DNA of 64,000 nucleotides from the human T2T-CHM13v2.0 reference genome, Homo sapiens, in assembly GCF_009914755.1 (NCBI RefSeq), contig NC_060933.1. One strand, 5' to 3'. The position numbers and the translations under genes are program-made. The notes under the pieces were generated by a model. That model was not told the origin of the DNA. It saw nothing but the letters and a program-made list of their open reading frames with translations, and did not search any database. Shown here piece by piece: positions 12,540-27,500 of this stretch. The first letter of the stretch is position 1. Each line of letters starts with the position of its first letter.

Positions 12540-14603
12540 TCCTCCCAGACTTTGGCGCAGCTCCCCCTCCTCAGCCTCCCGGAGCCGGAGTCTCCTGACC
12601 GCGGCCTGTGCCTGGTGGTTGGCGAGCAGGAAAGTGAGAGGGCTGGAGTGAGAGAGCTGGCGCTGCATGGTGGGTTCTCTGGAGCAACCAGATGCTCAGT
12701 GATCGCTTGCTCAGTGCTAGGGCGCGGCGGGCCCTGATCTACCATCGCTCATTCCATCCTCCAGGCAGGCCTGGACATGGGCGCATCACCCCACCTGAGA
12801 GATGAGTTCACTGAGGGCAGGAGAGGAGAGGAGCCTGCCTGAGTAGCCCTGAAGCCTCGGGTCCTTACCTCTGCACCCTGCCAGGCAGCAGATGCTGTGA
12901 ACAGGGCTCCCTTCGGTTCGGGGGCCACATGTCTGCTCAGCCCACCGTGCACACGGGGACAGAGCCAGCCTCAGCCCCAGCTGAGACTCGGGTCTGTCCA
13001 TCTGTCCCGGGTCAGCCTGGGGACTGTGGAGCAGTGGCAGCCATGGACATAGTGCTGGGCTTCGGCTGTGGACATGGCGCTAGTCTGTGGCCATGGACGC
13101 GGTGCTGGGCTGTGACTTGCTGGCTGCCACAGCCTCCCCACCAGTTTTCCACTTTAAGGGAAAAAGGCCTCCCATGCTCCTTCATGGTTGGATGGCTTTT
13201 GGGCCCCACTGTGCCCCTGAAGGCTCAGCCCTGCGGCCCTCCTCGCTCATCAGGGCCCTTGGGAGGGCTCCTTGCTGCAGGCGGCTCGCTCTGGGCAGCA
13301 GGGAGGGCTGGGCAGGCCTGGAAAGCCGCCTGCTGGTGGGCAGGGCGTGGGCACCCCAGGGCCCTCCCTGGGGCTGGGTGCAGTGCTCCGCCTCCTGCTG
13401 GGGCGATGTGACCCCTGCCGTGTTCCTGAGGGCCTCCCTTCCTGGCCTGCCCGTGTACAGGTGTCCCCCAAGGAGCTGCAGCTCATGGTCAGCTCACCCA
13501 TAGGGCAGCTCCACTTCCACCTGCTGTCTGCAGGGGAGCCCTTCTTATGACAATTCTACTGCTAAAACTTTTCAAATAAATACTTCAAATGCTTGAAAAC
13601 CACTGATCTAATCTAAGCTCCTGCTTCCTAAAATCCATGTGACCACGAGGCTGCCTTGACGCAGGGTTCCAGGCCATTCCCCATACCCCACCCAGCCCCA
13701 ACGCCTTGCACCTGTGTCCGGCCAGGCAGCTGCCAGCCCATTTCTGTGGCTGGGGTGCCCCGTGCCTGCTCTGCCCACATGCCCTGCCTTATGTTTGGGC
13801 ACCGAGACCTCACCTGGCCTCTTAAGTGAACTACAGGTGCTCCTAGCCCCCTCAGAGGTACTTAACCCCTTCTCTAAATTTCCATCAGACTTGGAACGCG
13901 ATTTAGTGAGCCAGGGTCGGTTAGGTGAGCTGGGGTCTCTGGCGTGAGGCTTAACTCCTGCCCCCAGACAGGGGAGCAGCAGGGCTGAGCCGTGGAGGAA
14001 GGTCCCCCCCCCGGGCAGCTGCCCTGGCCCCGCTGTGGCCTGTCAGGAGTCCTCAGCAGGGGTGCCTCTGAGGACTCTGTGAGGAATGCATGGGGAGGGT
14101 GTGGATGGTGCCAGGGACAGCAGTGGAGGCCCCTCCCATGACCCTGGGCACCACCTGGTATTGGTCCTTGCTTCAGCGGAGCCAGCATATCAGGGGTCCC
14201 TAGAGCCTGGCAGCTGAGACCAGCCTCAGCCAGGTTTGGGGTTGAGAATCTACCCTCACCAGCAGGGGCATGAAAACTGTCCCGCTGGGTGGGAGGCCAT
14301 GACAGTCAGCACGGGCCTGGCAGATGGGCGGCACCGTGGTTTTACACACTGCTGGTGCCAGGCCTGGCCTCACAGGGAGCAGGCAGGGACTGTGGAGGGT
14401 ACCAGTCATCACCACAGGAGCCTGTCACCCCCGCAGGCGTGTCCACGCACACACGCCACATGCACAGTTCAGGGGCCCACGAGGGCAGGCTCTGGCTGGC
14501 ACCGGCCTGGCCAGCTGCGCTATGTCAAGATGCCCCACGAGGCGGCCCAGGCCTCTGCCTGATCTTGATCTGAGGCTGTGGAGAGGTTTCCCTAGTGTCC
14601 CAT

Positions 14604-14642
14604 GGACTGACTGTGTCTCTCTGTCCCCACCCGCCCCTGCAG
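14604..14642 (+). promoter_or_regulatory. Branch point, polypyrimidine tract and 3' splice acceptor
   Basis: ggaCTGAC tgtgtctctctgtccccacccgcccctgcAG; putative branch A at 14610. Confidence 0.85.
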
Positions 14643-14729
14643 TACGAGTACAGCTTCCGCACAGAGCAGAGCGCAGCCGCCAGGCTCCCGCCCAGCCCCA
14701 CCAGGTGTCAGCAGATCCCGCAGTCCTGA
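14643..14729 (+). CDS. MVB12B: Terminal coding exon of MVB12B (multivesicular body subunit 12B, ESCRT-I): last 28 codons plus TGA
   Basis: After a CTGAC branch motif (14607-14611), a pyrimidine tract and CAG (AG at 14641-14642), the phase-0 frame reads YEYSFRTEQSAAARLPPSPTRCQQIPQS-TGA (stop 14727-14729). This matches my recollection of the MVB12B C-terminus. It is not in the ORF track because it is a short spliced exon with no start codon. Confidence 0.93.
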   Translation, partial: YEYSFRTEQSAAARLPPSPTRCQQIPQS

Positions 14730-17111
14730 GGAGCCAGCGGCCACCTGCGGGGAGACCACCGCCGCCCAGACTACTGACGGCAGGGGCTGCTGCCCCCGAC
14801 TCCTCCTGCCGCCTCCGCCAGCCCTCCCTCCCACACTGCCCCAGCAGGGCTGGCCCGGAGACTGGGCAGCTAAGTGGGCGCATCCTGTCTTCAGCTGGCC
14901 TGACTGACACCCCGGCCTCCCTGGGGACATTGTTCATAACCATGACTAATCTGTGTGTGCTGTAGTGACCAGCGGCTCCTAACCTGTCTGTGTGATGACC
15001 AGTTGTCCTCCAAAAACCTCACTCACCACGGAGTCACCCTGAGGGCCCCGGGCAGTTGCCCTGGCCGCCCAGTGACGCCCACCGGCTCCCTCCTGTCACC
15101 TACCAGGGCAGACCCCACTAAGCCGTTGAGTCTCTTCCTGGAAGACCCTGAGGGCCGGCAGCTTTGCCTAGGACTCTCCAGGGTCGCTGATCCTCCCCGG
15201 CCCAGGGCTGCCAGGAACAAGTTCCTCTCTGCAGGATCTCACAGCAGCCCTGAGAAGACATGGGAGGAAGAAGCCAGTGGCCCTGGGGTGGACCCTGCCC
15301 TTTGGACATCCCATGGACTTGTCACCCAGTCGCCTGGAAGTCGGGGAGCAGCACCCCTGCCCCCAGTGGAGGGGTTGTTGCTTTCTGGGGAGGAGGACGG
15401 TTGACGGCCCTGCTTGGATCCACCACCAGGACGCTGTGCTCGGCCATGGCGCGCCTCCCCCAAGGGCTCATCTGTGCAACAACCACATGCCAACAATAGC
15501 TCCAGGTGCCTCAGCCCCGTGCCCTGACCCGGGGACCACAGGGACACCCTCTGAGACGTGCTGGCCCCAGGAGGATACAGGCACACGGGCACCCAGCCCC
15601 TCTCAGAGCCAGGCGTGTCTTGACGGTATCTGCTGACGGGAACAAGTCATTCTGAAAGGTCCCTCTGACCCAGGTCACCAAATTTGGGCCAGAACTGGCA
15701 CTTCCGAGTGCCCACTGGTGCTGGCGTCCTCAAAGTGCCGGGCGCCAAGTTCAGCCCCAGGTGCGTTTGCCTAGGCAGTGGTGGCTGCCATCCCTCGGGG
15801 CCCAGGCCCTCACCCGAAGGGCTGCCTCACTCTGTGGTGTCAGGCACTGGGCTGTGTCCTGATTCCTCAGAGTATGGGGACCTGACATCTTTGGGTCCCC
15901 AAGAGTTGGCTCTTGGATGTGGAGGCTTGATGCTGCGGTTGGGGGCTGCACTACCTGCGTCCGTGGAAGCCTCTGCCTCAGCGGGGACGGCCTCCTGCTG
16001 CAGGTCCTGGGCAGCCCACAGTAGTGCTAGCTGAGGCCCAGAGGAACGGGAGGAAAGGGAGGCAGCGCCGGACGGCGCAGCTGGCCAAGAGGCGGGCGGG
16101 GCCAGAAATACCTCATGCCCCTGCACCAGCCCCTCCGTCTCCAGGCCCCAGGCCTCTTTGTGGACCCATCTTCCTCCTCTGCCACCCCGATCTTCACTCG
16201 GATACCTCTTGATTTCTGTGGATAAGGGAAGCGGCCACTTCTCCCTCCCTGAGACCCGAGGATGCCCCTGGTGGGGGTGGCCTTCTCAGGACTCCTGGGT
16301 GGCACAGCAGCAGGACCTTGTCATGGGACTGATGCTGAGCAGGGAGGGGGCTGCCAGGCTGGCTGCCGATGCTCCGTTCACATAAGCCAGTGTGGTTCTG
16401 GGGACCTGAGGAGCCCTGTGGCACCCACAGGGGGCACCTATGTCTGCCGTGGCTCCTCGGGTGGTGCCCTGTGTGACAAAGCCCAACAGCAAGGGTGACT
16501 CCTGGCAGGTGGGGGCAGCAGGAGGGCAGAGGGCAGAGCTCTGGCCACTTCTGCCCACTTCATTAGGGTTTGTGAACTTTGTCCTTCACCTCTTTTCGTG
16601 CCCTGGTTGTGAGATTGCCTCTAACAGGTAATGCCAGGGGCCCTTCACTCCGCCCCCATGACTGGGAAGAGGCCTGTGGCAGCGCCGCTGGACCCTAGGA
16701 GGCTCAGAGGCAGTGGTGTGGGAGCCCTGTCTGCAAGGACGCAGAATAAGCAGTGAGGGCGGCTGCAGGAGAGGAAGGGGCTCCCACAGCCCCCACTGAT
16801 GCCGCTGCAGGCCCCTGTCGAGCTGGGGTCCCAGCCAGGTGCCCCCGCATGCCCTCCTGCAGTTGCTGGATGGATAGGGACACCAGGAAGAGGACAAACT
16901 GCATGGACTCAAGCGAGCTGGAGCCATCTTCTCCATAGCATTACGGACTTAGCATAAGAGTAAATGACTGTGAACGTTGTAGTAAACGGCAGCTTAAGAT
17001 AAGTAAGCAGAGACAGTGTTAAGGACGAGTTGGTGTCTGTGGTAGCTTTTAGGCTGCTCCTAACCCACCATTTATTGCCTTCTGAGAGGTGGGTGAGGAC
17101 AAGCATGTGCC

Positions 17112-17160
17112 TGTGTGTGTGTGTGTGTATGTGTGTGTGTGCGCGCACATGCGTGTGTAT
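17112..17160. repeat. (TG)n microsatellite in the 3' UTR
   Basis: tgtgtgtgtgtgtgtgtatgtgtgtgtgtgcgcgc. Confidence 0.9.
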
Positions 17161-18464
17161 AAGCCCACCTGAGTGGGGCTCGTGCAGGAGAACTGAGGCA
17201 TGAAACTCTGGCTCAAACCTAGGAATTGAGAGCGTTTCTGTCTTTTGGGAGAGTACTTTTCTCCACGAGCCCTCTGGCCACTGTGGGAGGGAAGGACAAG
17301 GGTTCCCTTGGAAATGTGAAGGGTCTTGGCCTCATCCCTCAGGTCCCCCCACAGCACTTCCCACTACTGCTGCTGTCCCTGCTGGCAGCCTCTGTCCCTC
17401 CAGAACGGCTAACCAGAGCACACTGTCCCCACCGCCTCCCCTTTCTCTCTGGAAAGTTGAAGTATCTCCAAAGGCCTTGGAAATGGCACAAAGGTGATAA
17501 GGAGCAGGTGCTTTGCTGCAGTCTCCCTTGCAAATGTATAATTAAGGCCTTTCTTCCCACCCCAAGTCCAAGAACAAATGCCAGCCACGTCCTCCGCCAC
17601 TTGGAGAGATGAGAACCCAGTGGGGTCACGTAAAGGAATTGCAGGTCGGTGAGAGGACAAGAGGGACTCCCATGTTCTAAGCACCTGTTCCTGGCCAGGC
17701 TCTAGGCCAGGCTCTCTAAGCACATTTCTCCTTTCATTCCCCCTAAAAACAGAGTGACCTGGAAGTAGATGTTCTTTGCTCCTTGTCAGAGTTGAAGAGG
17801 CTGAGACTTGGCCCACTGCTAAGCGGCAGAGGCAGGGCCAGCCATGCTGTCGCAAGCCCGTGCTGGGGCTGCCCTTTCTGTTTCCAGTCCAGTTACGGAC
17901 TTCCCGGCCGCCACTGGGCCCTGCCGGTCACCAGGCCACTGTGCAGTGGGCGCAGAGCATGGTCAGGAGTGGCCTGCCCGTACTCCTCCACCCAGATGAG
18001 GGCCCTCCAGAGCCTGCAGGCATCTGTGGGGAATCCCAGCCTGCAGGTTCTTGGAGAAGCAGGTGAACCTAAGGATGAAAGCAAAGGAGGGCCTTGAGGA
18101 AGCAGCCCCCAGGCCTGGCAGCCACGCAGCGGCTGAGCTCATGAACTTGGTTCGCAGCCTGCCTTGCCCCTGGAGGCCACGCCAGGCGCTCACCCCTGAG
18201 CCCACAGCCCCTGCTTGGGCTGCCTGGCACCCTCAGGGTGGCCCGGCCTCCTCCTGCCACTCTGAGCACATGTCCGGGGGTTGCCACCAGAGACGGCTTT
18301 GTTCTCCCAGCTAAGGCCGTGGAGCTGCTGTGTGACTGTGTCAGGCCTGGACAAGGAAGACCCTTAGGGATGACGTCCCCGCTGCATATTTATTCAAGGT
18401 GACTCTTGTACTTGGCAAGGGAAGTCCACTGTGTGATTGTCTGTATTCTTAATATAATTTGTTA

Positions 18465-18470
18465 AATAAA
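18465..18470 (+). terminator. Polyadenylation signal AATAAA of MVB12B
   Basis: gttaAATAAAcgtttgtttt, with TGTA (CFIm) motifs just upstream and GT/T-rich sequence downstream. Confidence 0.85.
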
Positions 18471-19999
18471 CGTTTGTTTTAACCTCTTTCCCCAGTTTGC
18501 TGTCGTGGTGTCTGAAGGCAGCAGAGGTCAGTATCCCTCAGGGCAAGCCCCAAGCTCTCTCTGCCCCAGCAGGGCTCTTGTCACCACCTGGCCTGTCAGC
18601 CTTCTAGAAAGGACTGGTGGGCTTCTTTGCCCCTTGCTTAGTTGAGACGACCTGGTTACAAGTCAGTGGGATTCCGGGGGATGCAGAAAGCCCCGCTGTT
18701 ATCTGGTGGCAGCCCTCGGGGTGCTCCTGGAAGGAGAAAAGCCCCAGTTGGCGTGAAGGCAGGAGCAGCTCCTGCCAGGTGGCCCCGGTGGGGAGGGCTG
18801 GGGTGCTCGGTGCCTTTCACCTCCGACTCCCCCCAGAGCCCTTGTCTGGGGGCGCAGACCACGTCGGAGTCTGGGTGGTTTCAATCCTGTCCCGACTGCT
18901 CACCTGCTTGTGAGAGGCCACTCCAGACACCAGCTAAGGAGGCTGCAGGGCCCAGGAACAGGCGCAGCGCTCCTTGTGAGGAGCCGGCAGTTCAGGTTTC
19001 ACCATCAAAGCTCTTTGCCTCCTCTTAGCATGCTCTGTGCGTCTGGGCCAGACACCAGTCTGCCTGCAGCCCGTTCACACCGGACTCGGGCAGGAAGGAG
19101 CTGGAGCACAGCCACCTTAGCTCAGCGCTCACCTCAGGGGTACCAGCCCCGCCTCCTCCACATCCCAGACCCCTGCTCCGGGATGTCTCAGGTCTTTGTC
19201 CCACAGTAGGAGAGGAAAAGCAGCCCGGAGGATCCCATAAGAGACCCGTGGTGCAGATAGAACAGCTGATGCTGGGTTCCAGCATGGGCCTTGCCACTTC
19301 CTGACCACGTGGCCTTCGACAGGTCACCTGCACCCTGTATCTGTCCAAAGCGACACAGTTCCCCTCCCTCAATGGCTTGCCCTGGGAAGATGGAATGAGG
19401 ACCCAGGCAGGGCATTTAGCACACAGCAGAGACATTTAGCACGCACGTGCCAGGTCTTTCTGGGGGGGCCTTGATTCTATGTTACTGTCCACAAAACGTA
19501 CAGAGTCCCTCCTCTATGCTGGGTCTGGAGACACCAAGGAAGTACAAGTGGTGGTCTTTGGTATCGAGGACAAGGCCTCAAGTACTGCTTGGAAAGACAG
19601 AGCAATGCCCAGGGCCCCAGGGCTGCAAGGAGCTGAAATCTACTACACTGGCCTAAGCTAAGGCAGTAGTGACCAGCCCAGGAGGAGGCCCATGGTGCCC
19701 AAGGCAGGTGCAGCCCAGCCTCAGAGGGCCAGCCTGGCAGCCCCTGTTCATCCTCTGCACTTCCCACGGGCCCCATGGCACCTGAGCCGACGTCTCCCCC
19801 TGCGCTTCCAGCTGCTGGTTCCCAGCCTGATCACCATCTCAACCCTAACGTTCCGGGGCTTTCTCTTCCCATCTGCGTCCCCGCCGGCAGCTCCCTGCAG
19901 CCTTTCTCTGTGCTTAGCTCTGTCGCTGGTCAGTCACTCCAAGCTCCAGCCACATAGTTCCAGCAGCCACCTAGAGGTGTCCATGTGGAGGTCCCATAC

Positions 20000-20620
20000 T
20001 CACGTTGACCTCAGCACATGCCGAGCTGAATGAACCATCCTATCTCAAGCCCTAAACGGCCCCTCCTCCTCCAACCCTCCCATCTCTGGGATAGCTCCAC
20101 CATCTCCCCCTAGAGTTAGCCACGGCCCCCACCTGGAGCCCTTTGGGATCGCTCCATCTGCAGCTGGACAGTTCTGTCATCTAACTGTTTTCAAACCCGG
20201 CCACTACATTCTCTTGTTGCTGCTGTGGTATTATCAGTTCTGGCCTCAAGCCCTCTCAATTGGATCGCAGCATCAGCCTCCTAGCCACACCTGCCTCCCA
20301 CATCACCCTGTCCCCTGTCATTCATCCCCCACACAGCCCAGATCCAGCCAACAGGACTCCTCCACTTACTCTGCCCTCATCACCCTAGGAATGAATGCTG
20401 AGTCCCCACCATTCTGTGCCCCTCCCTCCTGGGCCTGGCTCACCTCCCACTGATGCCCCTGCTGAATTATTTGCAGCTTCCCAAACCCTTACCTCTCATA
20501 TGCCTCCCTACCTTTGCACATGCTATTCCCTCTGCCTAGAATGCTTTTCTCCCATTTTTCTACCTGGAAAACTCCTACTCATCCTTCAAGACCCTGTTCC
20601 TGCACCTCCTCTGTGATGTC
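20000..20620. mobile_element. L2 fragment(s)
   Basis: L2-like phrases (tttgcacatgctattccctctgcctagaatgc...aactcctactcatccttcaagaccc). Boundaries approximate. Confidence 0.6.
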
Positions 20621-20763
20621 CATCCGGATGTCTTGGAGGCAAAGGTAATCAATGATTCTCCTGTTCAAGCTGCCTGTGCCTTGCACAGGGGAGCACATGT
20701 CGCTGCATTGCAGCCACCTGTACCTCTCATTAGATTATGTGCTCCTGGAAGAAGGGGTCCATG

Positions 20764-21091
<328 letters not shown>

Positions 21092-21689
21092 CCATGTCTC
21101 ATTTATTATGCCCTCCCCCACCATTGTATACCCAGAGTGCCCAGCACAGGCCTGGAAAAATGGTGGACATCAGCAAATGCTCTCTGAATGAATTCCTTAC
21201 ACTGGATGAAGTAGACAGATGAACTAGACTCAATTGCTGAGGAGCCCCAGAAGGACAGACACCAGCAATACAGGGCCTGTGATGCCCAGCGGCAGGCCTC
21301 CCTGGACACACCCCGATGCTGGCCCCAGAGAGATCAGACAAGGATATGAAAGCTGAGCCTTGTCTGGTTCATCTCCGAAGCTGCAGGACCCAACACGGGG
21401 CCTGGCTGCAAGCTGGCATCAGTCCATGGTGATGATGGTGGGACAGGAAGGTGAACTGCCACCGGCTGCTGTGTCTCTTTCTAGAACCCAGCTCTGGGGG
21501 ATGTCAGAGAAAGGGAGGAGGTAGATGGGTCACAAGACCCAACACTAAAATGGCCAGGGGCTTGGATCTCAGGGACTGGAGAACTTCAGAGATAAGTTGA
21601 TTCCAAATAGATATGGATAATGCACATAAAAAAAAATTAGGAGCATGGCTTGCTTCATGAACATGGGCATCAGAAGCCTCAATAAAGTC

Positions 21690-22179
<490 letters not shown>

Positions 22180-22384
22180 TGAGCCCCCTCCTCCCCTCGC
22201 CCCACACCTTGGGTCATGTTGCTGCAGAGACACAGGTCTTGGGAATGGTGGTGCGGGGGCAGAGGTCTGGGAAGGCCCTGAGGGCTGGACTCCTGATGGG
22301 GAGGGCACATGGGCAGAGGTTGGCACAGTTTGGAACACCCAAGACACATCCATCCCCAGCTCCTCATCCTTCTCTGGAGCGGGC

Positions 22385-22560
22385 ACAGGGTTCTCAACTT
22401 CAGCTGCACATTAGAACCTTCTGAGAGTGGGTTAGAATTCCTGTGCCCAGACCCACACCCAGACCAATCAAACAAGAATCTCTCTCTGCAGGAGGGACCA
22501 AGGAGTCAGTAGTGTTCAAGCTTCCCAGGTGATTTCAATGTGCAGCTGAGAGTAAGAACT
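22385..22560. mobile_element. MER5-family hAT MITE
   Basis: cagggttctcaacttcagctgcacattagaa...cccaggtgatttcaatgtgcagctgagagtaagaac, with quasi-palindromic ends. Confidence 0.7.
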
Positions 22561-22567
22561 CAATTCT

Positions 22568-22946
<379 letters not shown>

Positions 22947-23149
22947 CTATGAATTCCCAGGGGCAGGTGGAAGAACAGACATCAGAAGAGCTCATCCACC
23001 CAGGGAAGACAAAAAGCTGAGCAACCCACACCAGCAGAAGCAGAAGTCATAGACCAGCCAGAGCATGAGTTAAATATAAACAAAAGGCATCCTCCAAGAG
23101 ATGTGGGAGGACCCTGGGAACATTGGGCAGGGAGAAGTTTGGAATAAGA

Positions 23150-24587
<1,438 letters not shown>

Positions 24588-25739
24588 ACAAAACATAGTC
24601 CAATTTTCAACCTTTTCCTCTATGATCGTTCTTTCTGTGTCTCGTTTAAAAATCTTTGCCTATCCTCCCAAACCCTTTAAAAAAAATGTTTGGCTTTTTT
24701 TCCTGCCAGTACCTTCCCTGGAAGATGAGTGAGGAAGGGTTTCTGGAGGAGGCAAGGTATGCCCTGAGCTCTAGAGGGGGCTGGACTAGGATGTGTTTCC
24801 CAGGGAAGGTAAGCAAATGTCAAGGGGGGAGGTATTTCATTGTTCACTGGGCATCAGCAAACGTTTACAGAGGACAGCAGGGGTAGCCTTCTGTGTGTCA
24901 TCACCACAGTCCTGAAGTTAGGGATGGCCCATTTAGCAGATAAGGAAACTGAGGCTCCAGAGAGTGCTCAGAAGCACACAGTCAGACAGGGGCACCTCAG
25001 GGCCTCCAGCCCAGGCATGTCCAACTCCAGTGCCGCTCCTGGCGCGGCCTGGATTATGCACACCTGGAAGGAGGTGTCCTGTCCTGTGGGGTTAAGGTGA
25101 GGATGGCTCATGAGGTGAGACAGGCCCAGTTCAGGGCCCAGCTTAGTCACCTCCCTTGATGTGCCCCTGGGGCTCTGGGATAACAGCAGCCAGCAGCAAC
25201 CAGGGCTTTCTGGAGGAGGAATTGAGCAAACCCATTACATACTTGGCCTGGGGCAAGGCACACGGCAGGGGTGGGGGATGCAGCAGAGGGCGTTTGGCCA
25301 CGGGGAAGCCCCACCAGGCCCCTCCACGGGCAGGAAGGGAGACTGAGGGTCTGAGGTCGTGTGAGCTTCCTCCCCCTACCTGTCCCCTGGCCTTGTGCAG
25401 AGACTCAGGAGCACGCTAGCAATCTGCTTCCAGGCTAAGCACCAGCCCCAGTTAGCTCAAGAGAGCTTCCCGCTGAGGAAGAGGGATGATGTCGGGCCAG
25501 GTCTCCAGCACCCCACCTCACTGACTGGGGGGCGCTCCCTAGGGTGGGTCCTGGCAGGGGCCAAGACCACCTCACCTCCCGCAGGCCCAGGAAGAGGCAC
25601 TTCGCAGCGAGGCAAAGCCCCTTGGAGTTCCATTGCCCAGCGAGAGGGCCCCAGGAGGTCTCTGGCCTGCTTTCTCCCCTGGAACCCAAGGGTTCTGGCA
25701 CCTCCCTTTCTAGGTTGCCCAGCAGGGTGGACCTCCAGA

Positions 25740-26150
25740 GCCGCCTGCACGAGGCCCCTCCCACCGTGCCGCCCGCCCGGGACCCCGCCCTGCGCTCCGC
25801 CCCCAAACACGGGTTCTCACGCGGTCCGGCCGCGCGGGGGCGCCCGGCTCCCCGGCCCTCGCTGGGCCCTGCGGGAACGCCCCGGCCGCGCACTGGGGAT
25901 GCTCGGACCCCAGCACACACGAGGCGGAGCTCCGCGGACTGGCGGCAAATCAATCCCTCGGCACCGCGCTACGGACGTGTGTTTGGAAGGAGGCTAGCCC
26001 GCCGCGCAAGTCCCCGCAGCGCCCCGCCGGCCTCCCACCCCCTGCGGCGTCCGGACCTCGTGGACCTGGGGTGGCTCCCATAGACTGCGGGGCCGGGCCC
26101 AGCCGCGCTCGCTTTGCTCGGGAATGCGGGTCGACTGGAGAGGCCCGAGC
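25740..26150. promoter_or_regulatory. Intergenic CpG island
   Basis: Very high CpG and GC content (cgcggtccggccgcgcggggg, etc.), GC box ccccgccc near 25783, E2F-like GGCGGCAAA at 25941-25949. Confidence 0.8.
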
Positions 26151-26294
26151 AAGCCCCCCAGCTCCACCCGCCCCTAAAGGGTGGGCTTGGGCAGTCACAT
26201 CAGGAGCCTCCACATTCACATCCGGAAAATGGGAAGGTCAACAGTCCCTCCTTTAAAAGGTTTCTGAGAAAGTTAAAGATGTATCACTATTGCC

Positions 26295-26460
26295 CAGCTT
26301 CCAGTCCTTAGGCAAGCCACCTGCGCCCCTCCCTGAACCTCAACTTCCCCCGCTGTAAAATGGGGATAAGAAAAGTCCTCCCCTCAGAGGGCCATTGTAT
26401 AATACGATGAGCTTGGCCCACGCTGCTGGGCACCCCCTGAGCTCTCAGTAAATGGAGCTA
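26295..26460. mobile_element. MIR
   Basis: ctgaacctcaacttcccccgctgtaaaatggggataag MIR core. Confidence 0.7.
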
Positions 26461-27369
26461 TTGGGGTTATGCCCGCTCAGCAGAGGCCCCACCTGCAGTC
26501 CCAAGCCTGTGCCCCAAATCCCACGGGTTGCCATTTAGGGACCCAGGCCCCCCAGTTTGGGAGCTGGCGGCTTAGAGTGGGTGCTCCCTCCGGTCCCTGG
26601 CTGGAGTGGGGGACTCGCTGTGCAGCCACAGGTGTCTGGGCAGGAGGCTTGGCGGCAGTGCCCCTCCCCTGGCTGCCCTTCAGGGCCCGCTCTGGTTGAG
26701 CCACACGGCAAAAACACTCCGCTTTTTGACACCATCCAGAAAATGAAAATGTCCCAGGCGCCTAATCCTTCCCTTCCTTTTGGCAACTTAAACTGCCCTG
26801 AAACACAGCCAACATATTGAACGCAGTGTGAGCGTCCACACCAGAGTGTAGGCCTCCCGCAAAGCCAGCCTTGGGGACTCGTGGAGCAAAGCCTCGTTCC
26901 TCTGTCAGACTCTGCCTTACTAGGTACGGAGTGACCCTGGCCCCCACCAGCCGGCATCTCAGCCGCCTTCAAACCCGCCGACCTGAGGGGCACGCCAGCA
27001 ACTCTGACTTCCTTCCCAGCCAGGGCTGTGCCGCCCCCACTCCCCCCCAGAAAAATATTTGAAATGGTCTTTGACTGAAATGAGATTAATCCTCAGTTCC
27101 CTGACAGTGTCTTTGGGCATGTGTTTTTATAACCTCCCTTTCAAATGAGAACCATTTGTCGCCGGGAAGCTGGGGAGGCCCTGCCCCAACTGCTGGGCCA
27201 GACATCACCGGCACCTGATTGAATGTCACGGACAGTGCGAGGGGTCAGGGCTGAGGTGAGGGCCGTGTACTCAGGGCCAACTGTCCTCTGCTGGTCTCTG
27301 GCTAGGTCCCCATCTCCAGCCAGTGGCGTAAACTAGAGGATATGAATTCCAACCTGGATTCCCCTTACC

Positions 27370-27500
27370 ACCACAATATGCCCTTGAGCCGGTGGCTTTG
27401 CCTCTCTGAGCCTCACTTTTCTCATCTGTAAAATGGGGGAGATGATGGTCCCGTCACTCAGGTGATAGACACAGCCTAGTGCCTGAAGACAATCCACACT
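27370..27500. mobile_element. MIR
   Basis: ctctctgagcctcacttttctcatctgtaaaatgggg MIR core. Confidence 0.75.

Larger units (their letters stand above)
14730..18485 (+). other. MVB12B: MVB12B 3' UTR (~3.75 kb)
   Basis: Runs from the stop codon to a canonical AATAAA in a U-rich context. No Alu inside. The 3' end is approximate. Confidence 0.82.

Noticed and set aside
13575-13580. Intronic AATAAA as an alternative MVB12B poly(A) site
   Set aside because: No linked upstream exon or clear GU-rich downstream element; the hexamer alone is weak evidence.
14324-14965. 213-aa ORF overlapping the MVB12B last exon
   Set aside because: It crosses the splice acceptor in a different frame from the real exon; a low-complexity GC-driven ORF with no recognisable homology.
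16424-16439. CCCACAGGGGGCAC CTCF-like motif in the 3' UTR
   Set aside because: Weaker match than the three reported, and such matches arise often in GC-rich DNA.
25395-26083. Overlapping 170-200-aa ORFs on both strands
   Set aside because: Expected from stop-codon depletion in a CpG island; the P/R/G/A-rich translations show no domain.
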